From the NCBI GenBank assembly GCA_023130975.1, contig JAGMAD010000006.1:87187-151186 (forward strand): DNA of 64,000 bases, written 5' to 3'. Positions 19,209 through 27,926 of the stretch are shown in pieces. Position 1 is the stretch's first letter; every line of letters starts with the position of its first letter. The notes under the pieces are model-generated. The model searched no databases. It was not told the DNA's origin and saw nothing but the letters and a program-made list of their open reading frames with translations. This stretch comes from Candidatus Parcubacteria bacterium (GTDB lineage: Bacteria; Patescibacteriota; Minisyncoccia; Minisyncoccales; JAGMDC01). A program made the translations under genes and the position numbers.

Positions 19209-20513
19209 TTATTCTATTTCCTTCCAATTAGCTATTTTCCAACCACCAGACGGTCCGCTGGAAAAAGCGGTGTTTTGAAGACCTACTTCGTATTCAACTT
19301 CTGCATTATTATCAAGATAAATTTTGTATCCAGCAGCTTCTCTAATTTTTATATTATTGCGTAATCGAATTAAACCATCAGAAGTATAAAAAACTGCTCC
19401 TTCAGCATTATTATCAACGTCAATAGCAGGACTTGAAGTATCTAAAGATGGATTGGTAGAAAGAAGCATTATATAACTTCCTTCTTCTCCAGACCCTTGA
19501 AGGACAACGCCTGGATTAATATCAATTTTTCCATCAGCAACAATCACACCACTTGTGGAACCATAACCAGAATCCAGTTTTATAGTAGCATTATTTTCGG
19601 TTGTGATATCTTGAGTTACGTAAAGTGTACCAGTCATTATTAAAGTGGCACCGTTGCTCACGATTAAATTTCCTGTGATTTGTTGAGGCCCTAAGGACTT
19701 AGTTTCTCCCACATTTATCGTATAATCCCCAACATAAATACAGCTTGGATTATTATTACAGCTCGCCTCATCTTTCCAATTATTAATTTGCGTATCAGAA
19801 ATTGGTAAAGGAATAGGGTCTATCTCGTTAGGTCGAGTTTTCTTTGCTACTCCAGCATTACAGGTTACTGGATCGGGAGCGCCAGAAACACAGGTTAAAG
19901 TTCCTCCAATATCAGAATGGCTACAGGTATGAACTGTGGCATTTTCCCCAACCCACAACCATTCAATTTTCTTTCCATTATTAGCCACTATAATATCATC
20001 AGTTATATTAAGATTTGCTCCAAATTCTCCGCTTAAATTAACAACGTCTCCGTTTGAAAAAACATTACCCTTAATTCTGCTGTTGCTTCTCATTTCCATT
20101 CCTCCATCACCAACTTGAGCGCCGTAATAAAAAGAGACGTCTATGGTAGAAATGGTTATCACTACGCTAACTTTTCTGATATATCCATCAATGTTTCCTT
20201 CTGAAATTATCTCCCTGGTTCCGGCAATAATATCTCCAACATATCGAGTAGCTGTCCCCTCTCCTATATTTAAACTGCTGGGGTTAAAAACAGGTAGTTT
20301 TATATTTGTATTATTTCTTAGAAGTATATCCTCTATTCCTGCTTCTGCTATATAATAATTTTTTAAAGATTTGACAAAATTCTTAGTTATCTGTCTTTCA
20401 TTTAAAACTAAATTGGAAAAAGCTAAAGTAATAATCAAAGAAAAAGACATTATAATAATAACGGTTGTCATTAAGGCAAATCCTTTTCTGTTGTTTTTAG
20501 GTAAATTCTTCAT
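19209..20513 (-). CDS. Large PilX-like / pseudopilin-like protein (434 aa from the ATG at 20513)
   Basis: The N-terminus is MKNLPKNNRKGFALMTTVIIIMSF, a pilin-like hydrophobic helix without Glu5. The ATG overlaps the upstream TGA (ATGA coupling). The track start at 20615 would overlap the upstream gene by 106 nt. Confidence 0.55.
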   Translation of the reverse strand: MKNLPKNNRKGFALMTTVIIIMSFSLIITLAFSNLVLNERQITKNFVKSLKNYYIAEAGIEDILLRNNTNIKLPVFNPSSLNIGEGTATRYVGDIIAGTREIISEGNIDGYIRKVSVVITISTIDVSFYYGAQVGDGGMEMRSNSRIKGNVFSNGDVVNLSGEFGANLNITDDIIVANNGKKIEWLWVGENATVHTCSHSDIGGTLTCVSGAPDPVTCNAGVAKKTRPNEIDPIPLPISDTQINNWKDEASCNNNPSCIYVGDYTINVGETKSLGPQQITGNLIVSNGATLIMTGTLYVTQDITTENNATIKLDSGYGSTSGVIVADGKIDINPGVVLQGSGEEGSYIMLLSTNPSLDTSSPAIDVDNNAEGAVFYTSDGLIRLRNNIKIREAAGYKIYLDNNAEVEYEVGLQNTAFSSGPSGGWKIANWKEIE

Positions 20514-21025
20514 TTTTTTCTTAAGGCACCGCTTGAAACTAAACTTATTTCTCTTTGATATTTTTCTTTTGGAGAACGGCAACGAGCTGTAATCTCTATT
20601 TTTACTGAAGAACAATCTGTTAAAGAGGACAGATAAGTAAAATTCAAATTAGTAATCTCTATTTTTTCTGATGTTAAAGATTGAGGGTCTTGGCCTTCTC
20701 TTTTTAAATACAATCTTCCGTTATCCAAATAAAAATCAACATAAGTTTTATTTTCTCCAGAAGGAGGATTTAAATTGGTTTCCAAACTAATCTGGTCTGT
20801 AGTGAAGCTGGTTGGACTATAAACAGTTGAAGCATATTTTATTTCTGAAAGCATACTGTTCAAAGCAAAATGAGTATTGTTTAAAATTTCCTTATCAAAC
20901 CGAGAAATATTGTAAAACTCAACCAATCTTAATGCTCCAGTTAAAACAGCTCCGCTGATTATGGAAAAAACTACTAAATAAACCAAAATTTCAACGAGGG
21001 TAAAACCGGTTTTCATTTTATTCAT
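20510..21025 (-). CDS. Type IV pilin-like protein (prepilin motif G|FTLVE)
   Basis: 171-aa ORF starting MNKMKTGFTLVEILVYLVVFSII. Confidence 0.8.
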   Translation of the reverse strand: MNKMKTGFTLVEILVYLVVFSIISGAVLTGALRLVEFYNISRFDKEILNNTHFALNSMLSEIKYASTVYSPTSFTTDQISLETNLNPPSGENKTYVDFYLDNGRLYLKREGQDPQSLTSEKIEITNLNFTYLSSLTDCSSVKIEITARCRSPKEKYQREISLVSSGALRKK

Positions 21026-21541
21026 TTAATAATTAAAATTGGTCAGATAAGAAATTAGGGTCACTTCTTTATCTTTTCCGTTTTCCTGCCAACTTACTAT
21101 TGTAGTAATTTTTCTAGAATTTTCGTCATCATTTACAGAATTGTAAACGTCTTCAATGTCTCCTGTATCAGGGTCTCGAGAGAGTTTTTCAAAAACAATT
21201 TTTCGGCTGAAACGGTTGTCAATAAGGCCAGGATCAATAAAGGTTAATTCCCAGCTATTTGCTGAAATAATCGGGTAATGAGTATCATTGAGGTCAAGGT
21301 CAAGCTCTCCAATTCCAGTTTTTCCATCAGCTGCATCTATCCAAGCCACCTGGTCTCTGATATTGCGAATCGCTTCTATTCCTTCTTTTGCTAAATAAGC
21401 AGCTTTCATCTCATTCTTATTTTCTTTTGAAATATTCAAAGACAAAACAGCAATCTGATAAAAACCTGCGCTCGCTATTGTTAAAACAAAGATGGCGATT
21501 ATTAATTCTGCTGCACTAAAACCTTTTTGATGAAGAATCAT
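21026..21541 (-). CDS. Type IV pilin-like protein (G|FSAAE)
   Basis: 171-aa ORF starting MILHQKGFSAAELIIAIFVLTIA. Confidence 0.75.
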   Translation of the reverse strand: MILHQKGFSAAELIIAIFVLTIASAGFYQIAVLSLNISKENKNEMKAAYLAKEGIEAIRNIRDQVAWIDAADGKTGIGELDLDLNDTHYPIISANSWELTFIDPGLIDNRFSRKIVFEKLSRDPDTGDIEDVYNSVNDDENSRKITTIVSWQENGKDKEVTLISYLTNFNY

Positions 21542-21542
21542 A

Positions 21543-22403
21543 TTATTGTAGTTCAGGTTCGCTTGTAAAAATTGATGTTCCTTTAAATGCCTGGCTGTCT
21601 GGATTATAAATAATTAAACTGCCGGCCTCGCCGCTAATAGAAATAGTCAGTCCTTTATTATTATACCTTAAATCCCGATGAATAGAGAAAAGCGTATCAG
21701 GATTATTTAGCCGATGAGTATGAATATGAAGCAACTGATCATCAGTGCCTACTGTTATTGTCCCCTCCCAATTAAACTGGCTACCTTCTATAAAATCACT
21801 GATTTTAATGTCTTCGGTGGTCAGAGGGTCGTCAAAAGTTAAAGTTATTATTTCATTAACAGTATCTATGTTCCGGCTGTAGACAAAATGCGTATGCCGA
21901 GAATCAGTTATCCGAGTATTCAGGGGTGAAAAATCCTCGCCTTTAATGGTTGCTTCTCCAGAAGATTCTATTTTTATAATCCGGTATTTTTCAGAATTAT
22001 TTTTTAGTTGAATTTTCACAGTGCCAAAATGGGAAGTATTGCCTGTAAGCCGAGCAAAAACTGCTTCACTGCCTCCTTCATTTAGGTCTAATCCTGAATC
22101 AAGGATAGGAATTTCAAGCCGGGAAGAAAAATTATATATTTTATTATCAGAAGCAGCTGGATTATAAGTGTCTCCTTTAAATAAAACGCATTTCTCCTGT
22201 TCAAAATGAACTCCGTAACTGGAAGCTCCTTCTGAAGCTAAAGTTTTTGATTGAGCCAATGTTAAAGCATTTAAAATCATTTGAGCATTAGTATTAAGAT
22301 CGCTTTGAGAACGAAAAGAAAAATAAGAATTTACTGCAGCTGAACATAAAATAACAATAATAGCTATTGCCACCAAAACTTCAATTAAAGTAAAACCCTT
22401 CAT
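21543..22403 (-). CDS. Type IV pilin-like protein (G|FTLIE)
   Basis: 286-aa ORF starting MKGFTLIEVLVAIAIIVIL. Confidence 0.8.
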   Translation of the reverse strand: MKGFTLIEVLVAIAIIVILCSAAVNSYFSFRSQSDLNTNAQMILNALTLAQSKTLASEGASSYGVHFEQEKCVLFKGDTYNPAASDNKIYNFSSRLEIPILDSGLDLNEGGSEAVFARLTGNTSHFGTVKIQLKNNSEKYRIIKIESSGEATIKGEDFSPLNTRITDSRHTHFVYSRNIDTVNEIITLTFDDPLTTEDIKISDFIEGSQFNWEGTITVGTDDQLLHIHTHRLNNPDTLFSIHRDLRYNNKGLTISISGEAGSLIIYNPDSQAFKGTSIFTSEPELQ

Positions 22404-22404
22404 A

Positions 22405-22523
22405 AAATGTCTAATATCTAATTGATCTAATGTCTAATCAATGTCTAATTCCAAAATGCCTAATGCCTAAAATTTTAATTATTTAGTCATTGGGATTTGG
22501 GATTTGATTAGAAATTAGAAATT
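22405..22523. repeat. Intergenic heptamer-word tract (TGTCTAA/TGCCTAA, TCATTGG, GATTTGG, TTAGAAA)
   Basis: The tract reads aaatgtctaatatctaattgatctaatgtctaatcaatgtctaattccaaaatgcctaatgcctaa ... tcattgggatttgggatttgattagaaattagaaatttt. Confidence 0.8.
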
Positions 22524-22528
22524 TTATT

Positions 22529-23773
22529 TTACATTGCTCCCATCATTGAATACATTGGCTGAATCATAGAAACAGCGAAAAAACCGACCGCTCCTCCAAC
22601 AATAAGCATCAAGACCGGTTCTATAATAGAAGATAGATTCTTAGTAGCATTGGAAACCTCTTCTTCGTAAAAATCAGCCATTTTTTCTAAAATCTCTGAT
22701 GTCTCACCGGTTTCTTCTCCGACTTTTATCATCTGGACAATAATCAAAGGATAAATATCCGTATAAGACATTAAAACATCAGACAGCTTTTCTCCTTTTC
22801 TTACTTTTTTCACTGCTTCCAATAATGCCTTTTTGTAATAAAAATTATTTAAAGACTGAGAAGTAATCTCCAGGCCCCGAACAAGGGGAATACCAGCAGA
22901 AATCAGGGAGCTTAAAGTTCTTGATGTAAAAGCAGTATTTGTTTTCTTTACCAAAGAGGAAATAACCGGGATTTTCAGCAAAAAAGCGTCAAGATTCTTT
23001 TTTCCTTTTTTGGTTTTTAATGCTGTCCGAAAAAGAAAACCAGAAACAAGCAAAATCAAAATAAACAGATACCATCTTTCAGTCATAAAAGTGCCGAGAA
23101 AAATCACAAATCTGGTAGTAGCCGGCAGTTCCATCTCTAAATCTGCGAAAACAGCTGCTAAACTTGGCACCACTATAACAAGCATTAAAGCCCCAATACC
23201 GAGCATGGCTACGATAATTACTGCCGGATAAATCATTGCTCCTATTATTTTTGATTTCAACTCTACTTCCCTTTCTATCTGCCGAGTCAAGGATTTTAAA
23301 ACATCCTCTAATGTCCCTGATTCTTCTCCTGCCCTGACCATATTAGAAAAAAGTTCAGGAAAGATATTGGGAAATCTTTCCAGAGATTCAGAAAAACTCT
23401 TTCCTTTTATTATCTCTGTTTTTATTTTCAACAAGGCATCTTTGAATTTTTTGTTTTCAGAAACTGAAGCTAAAGTATTCAAAGCCCCGGGAAGAGACAT
23501 ACCAGCACTAATCATAATGCGCAAATTTCTGGTAAAAAACAATTTTTCTTTTGCGCTTACCCCTAAAAAAGGAAGAGAAATCTCCATCTTTTTTTTCTTC
23601 CGCCAGCTGACGGATTTTTTTCTTGTTTCTGCTTTAATTAAAATATAACCCTGGCCGCGCAAAATCCGAGCCAATTCGTATTCATCTTTGGCTTCGCTTT
23701 TTCCGGAATGCACTTCTCCTTTTAATGATTTGGCTGTATAAAAATAATTAGGCACAATGCTTTTGCTTCGCAA
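22529..23773 (-). CDS. pilC: PilC / GspF-family pilus platform protein
   Basis: 414-aa ORF with two GspF-type repeats and three TM segments. The track start is TTG, so the exact start is uncertain. Confidence 0.85.
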   Translation of the reverse strand: MRSKSIVPNYFYTAKSLKGEVHSGKSEAKDEYELARILRGQGYILIKAETRKKSVSWRKKKKMEISLPFLGVSAKEKLFFTRNLRIMISAGMSLPGALNTLASVSENKKFKDALLKIKTEIIKGKSFSESLERFPNIFPELFSNMVRAGEESGTLEDVLKSLTRQIEREVELKSKIIGAMIYPAVIIVAMLGIGALMLVIVVPSLAAVFADLEMELPATTRFVIFLGTFMTERWYLFILILLVSGFLFRTALKTKKGKKNLDAFLLKIPVISSLVKKTNTAFTSRTLSSLISAGIPLVRGLEITSQSLNNFYYKKALLEAVKKVRKGEKLSDVLMSYTDIYPLIIVQMIKVGEETGETSEILEKMADFYEEEVSNATKNLSSIIEPVLMLIVGGAVGFFAVSMIQPMYSMMGAM

Positions 23774-23776
23774 AAG

Positions 23777-23874
23777 AATTTCTAATTTCTAATTTCTATT
23801 AAATTTCTAATTCTTTAATTTTTAATTGAAAATTTTGGAATTGAAAATTCAATGAAAATTGAAAATTGAAAATT
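23777..23874. repeat. Intergenic heptamer tract: (AATTTCT)x3 ... (GAAAATT)x3
   Basis: Read directly from the sequence. It lies in the divergent region between pilC and rpsT. Confidence 0.85.
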
Positions 23875-23966
23875 AATGCTTGATATTTATATATAGTTTA
23901 TTTTTCTATTTTAACATAATTGCTATTGTCTAACAATCAAAAGAGTGTTATACTCTTGGTAGAAAT

Positions 23967-24233
23967 ATGCCTATTACTAAATCAGCTAAAAAGGCATTGC
24001 GCCAAAATATCAGACGAAGAAAAAGAAATCTAATCTATAAAAATAAAATAAAAGACCTTATAAAAAAGGTTAAAGCTTTGCTTGGAGAAAAGAAAATAAA
24101 AGAGGCGAAAGAACTTCTGCCTCAAATTTATAAAGCATTGGACAAATCAGCCAAAAAGGGAGTAATCAAAAAAAATACTGCTTCTAGAAAAAAATCAAGA
24201 ATAACCAAGATGGTAAACCCTAAATCTCTGTAA
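23967..24233 (+). CDS. rpsT: 30S ribosomal protein S20
   Basis: 88-aa basic ORF starting MPITKSAKKALRQNIRRRKRNL. Confidence 0.9.
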   Translation: MPITKSAKKALRQNIRRRKRNLIYKNKIKDLIKKVKALLGEKKIKEAKELLPQIYKALDKSAKKGVIKKNTASRKKSRITKMVNPKSL

Positions 24234-25152
24234 TAAGCATATCCAAAGCTGTAATGGGTTCTATCCTTCCTGTTTTAATATTCAAATCTACCTCAAATAG
24301 TTTTTGGTAGATTTTTTTTAATTCATCTAACCTGAACTTTTTTGCCTGAAAAAAACTTTTTCTGACAACATAAGGATGAATCCCGGGAATTTTGGGCGGA
24401 TAAAAAGATTGTTTTTCTGAAACAGAACTCTTTACTGCAAGCAGATTCCTGAACTGGAAACTTATCATTGAAAAAAGATATAAAGGAGAATCACCTTTTT
24501 CTAAATGCTTATGTATTAAAGAAAGAGCCAGCTTTTTATTTTTTAGGGCAATGGCATCAATGGTTTTAAAAATATCTGTTTCAATTTTCGGTTTAACCAA
24601 AAAATTGACATCTTTAAACGTAATCATCTCTTTGTTTTTATAACTGACTAATTTATTTATTTCATTTGACATACGCCATAAGTCATCACCGACATAATCA
24701 ATCAGTAATTCCAATGCCTTTGGTTCAATCTTTGTCCTGTGATTGTCAAATTCTTTCTTAATCCAATTTTTTAATTTTAGGCCTTCTAATTGCCTAAATT
24801 CCTGGCAACGCGCCTGTTTTTTAAGTAAATTAAAAAAACTATTATTTTTAGGAAATTGCTGATCCTCATAAAATAAAATTATGTCTTTTAATTCTTTAAT
24901 CTTTTTGATGTTTTTAGAAAATTTTTCTTTAAAATACTGGCTGGAAAAAGCATTTTTCAAAATAATTAATTTTTTCTCTTGAAACATTGAATTTACCTGA
25001 AGATGTCTTTCAAAATCCTCGTATTTCTCTTCTTTAATATCTAAGTATTTCAAATTCAATCCGCTTTTATGGATTTTTCTGTGACTTTCAACTATTTCAT
25101 TTAATTTTTGACCAGACCTATATGTATCCGGACCATACAAAAATATAATCAT
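24220..25152 (-). CDS. holA: DNA polymerase III delta subunit
   Basis: 310-aa ORF with the MIIFLYGPDTY start typical of HolA. It converges on rpsT with a 14-nt overlap. Confidence 0.7.
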   Translation of the reverse strand: MIIFLYGPDTYRSGQKLNEIVESHRKIHKSGLNLKYLDIKEEKYEDFERHLQVNSMFQEKKLIILKNAFSSQYFKEKFSKNIKKIKELKDIILFYEDQQFPKNNSFFNLLKKQARCQEFRQLEGLKLKNWIKKEFDNHRTKIEPKALELLIDYVGDDLWRMSNEINKLVSYKNKEMITFKDVNFLVKPKIETDIFKTIDAIALKNKKLALSLIHKHLEKGDSPLYLFSMISFQFRNLLAVKSSVSEKQSFYPPKIPGIHPYVVRKSFFQAKKFRLDELKKIYQKLFEVDLNIKTGRIEPITALDMLITEI

Positions 25153-25167
25153 ATGAGATATTTTTTC

Positions 25168-27183
25168 TTAATAGGGTAAAGTAAAATAGAATTTTGTTCC
25201 TCTGTCTTCTTTGGATTTAAACCAAATTCTGCCTTTATGTGCCTCAATAATATTTTTGGTAATGTAAAGACCTAAGCCTCTGCCTTCAGTATCAATACGG
25301 ACTACATTACTGGCTCTAAAAAATTTAGTGAACATTCTCTCCTGCTGGTCCTGGGGAATTCCTGTCCCATTATCTTCAATTGAAAACTCTATCTCTTTTT
25401 TAGCCTTTTTTAAAGCGATCATTATCTTGCCGCCAGGTTTTGTATATCTAACAGCGTTTTCTAAAAGATTTTCAACAACCAAGATTATTTTTTCTCTGTC
25501 CGCCATTACTTTTGGCAGTTTCCTTTTTGGTTCTATTAAATCAAATTTGATTTTTTTTGTTTTAATTTCTTTTTGATATGAGTTGACTGATAATTGAACT
25601 ATATCTTTGATATCCACTAAGCTCTTTTTGAGAAGATACTTTCCTTCTTCAATGGAAGTTACATTTAAAAGGTCATTTATTAAAAAAATCATCTTTTCAT
25701 TGGCGTCATAGCTTCCCTTAATAAATTTTTTCTGTTTTCCAGTGATTTTACCTAAATTTCCTTCTAAAAACATCTTTAAAGCCCATTTAATTCCTGAAAG
25801 AGGCGTCCTTAATTGATGAGCAGCTAAAGAGACAAACTCTGTCTTCATATTTTCAATTCTTTTTTCCCGAGTGATATCGTGAAAAATAACTAAAGTTCCT
25901 GATTTTCTTTTTTCTTTCATTATGGGAAGAATACTTATCTCTAAAATTAAATCTTCCTGAATTTTAAATTCTCTTCTTAAAATTTTCTTATTTTTATTAA
26001 GCAATGAAAAACTGTCTCTAAAAATTTCTACTAAAAATTTAAACTTAGGAAAAGAATCCAATTCTAAAATACTTTTGCCAATTAAATCTTGGTTTTTTAT
26101 ATTGAAAAAAATCTCAGCCCGAGGATTAATGAGAGAGATTTCGTCTTTATCATTAAGAACTAACAAGCCATCAGCGAAATTATGAATAATGGATAAAGTT
26201 TTGTTTTTTTCCTCTTCACTAATTGCTTTTGCTCTCTTGGTTTCTTTTAAGGTTTCTTCTAACTGTTTTCTGTTAGAATAAATTTCATTTGCGGTTTTAT
26301 TCAAGCTTTTAGATAAATCAATGACTTCTTTGTCTAAACTACCAGAGAAAAAAGTAGTTTTTTGCCCTTCTTCTAAATTTTTGGCTGATTCTTTGATTTC
26401 TAAAAAAGCAGAATAAATTGAAGAAAAAATCATTTCACTTAAAATACTAAAAATTGTCAGGGATAACAAAGAGAAAAATATCAAGGCCGGAGTTAAGGGA
26501 AAAACAAAGGTTAAAAGCACTACCAAAATAAGGCCTATTAGAACAATAAAAAACTTGGACTTTATTTTTAAAGAGATAAAATGGGATTCTTCAAATGGAA
26601 TACCCCTATCTGCCAAGGCCATTTTACATTCTTTCCTGGCTGGCGCTGTTAATATCTCATAAAGAGGAGAAACACAGATACAAGTGATAAAAAGAGCGAT
26701 AAAACCACCAGTTAAGATAATAGGAATGTTTATTAATTGTTTGCTAAAGAACCATTCGGTCAGGGCAATAAAAAAAATCACGCCTAAAGTAGATCTCCAA
26801 GCAGTATTAAGCATCACAATATTTATTTTAGAGAGAGAATGATGAATATTAAGAAGAGTTTCTTTTGAAAGATAGGAAGAAATATGTCCGTTGATAATAT
26901 TGTCGTTGAGAATTTTTAATTCTTTTTTCTCCCATTTTTTTCCGAAAAGCCGAGATAATCCATATAAAAAAAAGATAAGAATAGATGCAAAACTTACAAA
27001 AAAAATTAAGGATAAGATAAATATCCCTGTTGTGCCAGTTATCTCAAAATTGGCTTGACCAACTATAATTATAATAGAACCCCCAAAGCCGGCTGCTACA
27101 ATACCCCAAAAAATAGTAGGAACTACTACTGCTAAACTATAAGGAGTTCTCTTTAATAGCCAGTTAAATAACCTAAAGAACAT
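25168..27183 (-). CDS. Sensor histidine kinase (polytopic N-terminus, PAS-like, HisKA, HATPase)
   Basis: 671-aa ORF with H-box MKTEFVSLAAHQLRTPL, N-box LLENAVRYT and G-boxes DNGTGI / GRGLGL. Confidence 0.85.
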   Translation of the reverse strand: MFFRLFNWLLKRTPYSLAVVVPTIFWGIVAAGFGGSIIIIVGQANFEITGTTGIFILSLIFFVSFASILIFFLYGLSRLFGKKWEKKELKILNDNIINGHISSYLSKETLLNIHHSLSKINIVMLNTAWRSTLGVIFFIALTEWFFSKQLINIPIILTGGFIALFITCICVSPLYEILTAPARKECKMALADRGIPFEESHFISLKIKSKFFIVLIGLILVVLLTFVFPLTPALIFFSLLSLTIFSILSEMIFSSIYSAFLEIKESAKNLEEGQKTTFFSGSLDKEVIDLSKSLNKTANEIYSNRKQLEETLKETKRAKAISEEEKNKTLSIIHNFADGLLVLNDKDEISLINPRAEIFFNIKNQDLIGKSILELDSFPKFKFLVEIFRDSFSLLNKNKKILRREFKIQEDLILEISILPIMKEKRKSGTLVIFHDITREKRIENMKTEFVSLAAHQLRTPLSGIKWALKMFLEGNLGKITGKQKKFIKGSYDANEKMIFLINDLLNVTSIEEGKYLLKKSLVDIKDIVQLSVNSYQKEIKTKKIKFDLIEPKRKLPKVMADREKIILVVENLLENAVRYTKPGGKIMIALKKAKKEIEFSIEDNGTGIPQDQQERMFTKFFRASNVVRIDTEGRGLGLYITKNIIEAHKGRIWFKSKEDRGTKFYFTLPY

Positions 27184-27190
27184 ATTGGAT

Positions 27191-27556
27191 TCACTCCAGT
27201 ATTTTCTTCAGTTTTTCAATGATTTCATTAGGAGTGAAATGAGCTTTGATAAGATAATCAGTTGCCCCTAAATTTAACCCTTTCTCTATGTCCTCTTTCT
27301 GACCCAAATTAGATAAAATAATAACCGGTATTTGAGACAGTTCTGGCTTTTTCTTGATTTGAGCTAAAACCTCAAAACCGTCTATTCCTGGCAGAATAAG
27401 GTCAAGTAAAATCAAATCCGGTTTTTCTTCTTCAATCTTCTTCACCCCTTCCTCTCCGTCAATTGCTTCAGGCACCTCATAACCCTCACTGGTTAATTTT
27501 TTAACAATCAGTTCTCTTAAAAATTTGTCATCTTCTACAATTAAAATTTTTTTCAT
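27191..27556 (-). CDS. Single-domain response regulator (receiver only)
   Basis: Starts MKKILIVEDD and contains ..DLILLDLILPGIDG... The ATG at 27556 is preferred over the track TTG at 27568, which would overlap the upstream stop. Confidence 0.85.
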   Translation of the reverse strand: MKKILIVEDDKFLRELIVKKLTSEGYEVPEAIDGEEGVKKIEEEKPDLILLDLILPGIDGFEVLAQIKKKPELSQIPVIILSNLGQKEDIEKGLNLGATDYLIKAHFTPNEIIEKLKKILE

Positions 27557-27560
27557 AATA

Positions 27561-27926
27561 TTAGCCAATTTGTTTCTTTACTTTTTCAATTACTTCCATG
27601 GGGTCAAATTCGGTCTTAATCAACCAATCCCTGGCTCCTAACTCCTTCGCTCTTTCTAATTCCACTTCCTGGCCAGAATTAGAAATAATCACCACAGGAA
27701 TATTCTTTAAACTTTCATCTTCCCGCATTTCTTCCATAACCTGAAAGCCGTCTTTCTTGGGCATAACAATATCAAGCAAAATAAGATCAGGCATTACCTT
27801 TCTCATTAACTCAAGTCCTGCTTCTCCGTTTTCGGCAATGGAAACATCGTACCCTTCAGCTATTAATTTTTTTTGAAGTAAACTAAGAAGAATTTCTTCG
27901 TCTTCAATAATTAAAAGTTTTTTCAT
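27561..27926 (-). CDS. Single-domain response regulator (receiver only)
   Basis: 121-aa ORF starting MKKLLIIEDE and containing ..DLILLDIVMPKKDG... It has an ATGA overlap with the upstream kinase. Confidence 0.85.
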   Translation of the reverse strand: MKKLLIIEDEEILLSLLQKKLIAEGYDVSIAENGEAGLELMRKVMPDLILLDIVMPKKDGFQVMEEMREDESLKNIPVVIISNSGQEVELERAKELGARDWLIKTEFDPMEVIEKVKKQIG

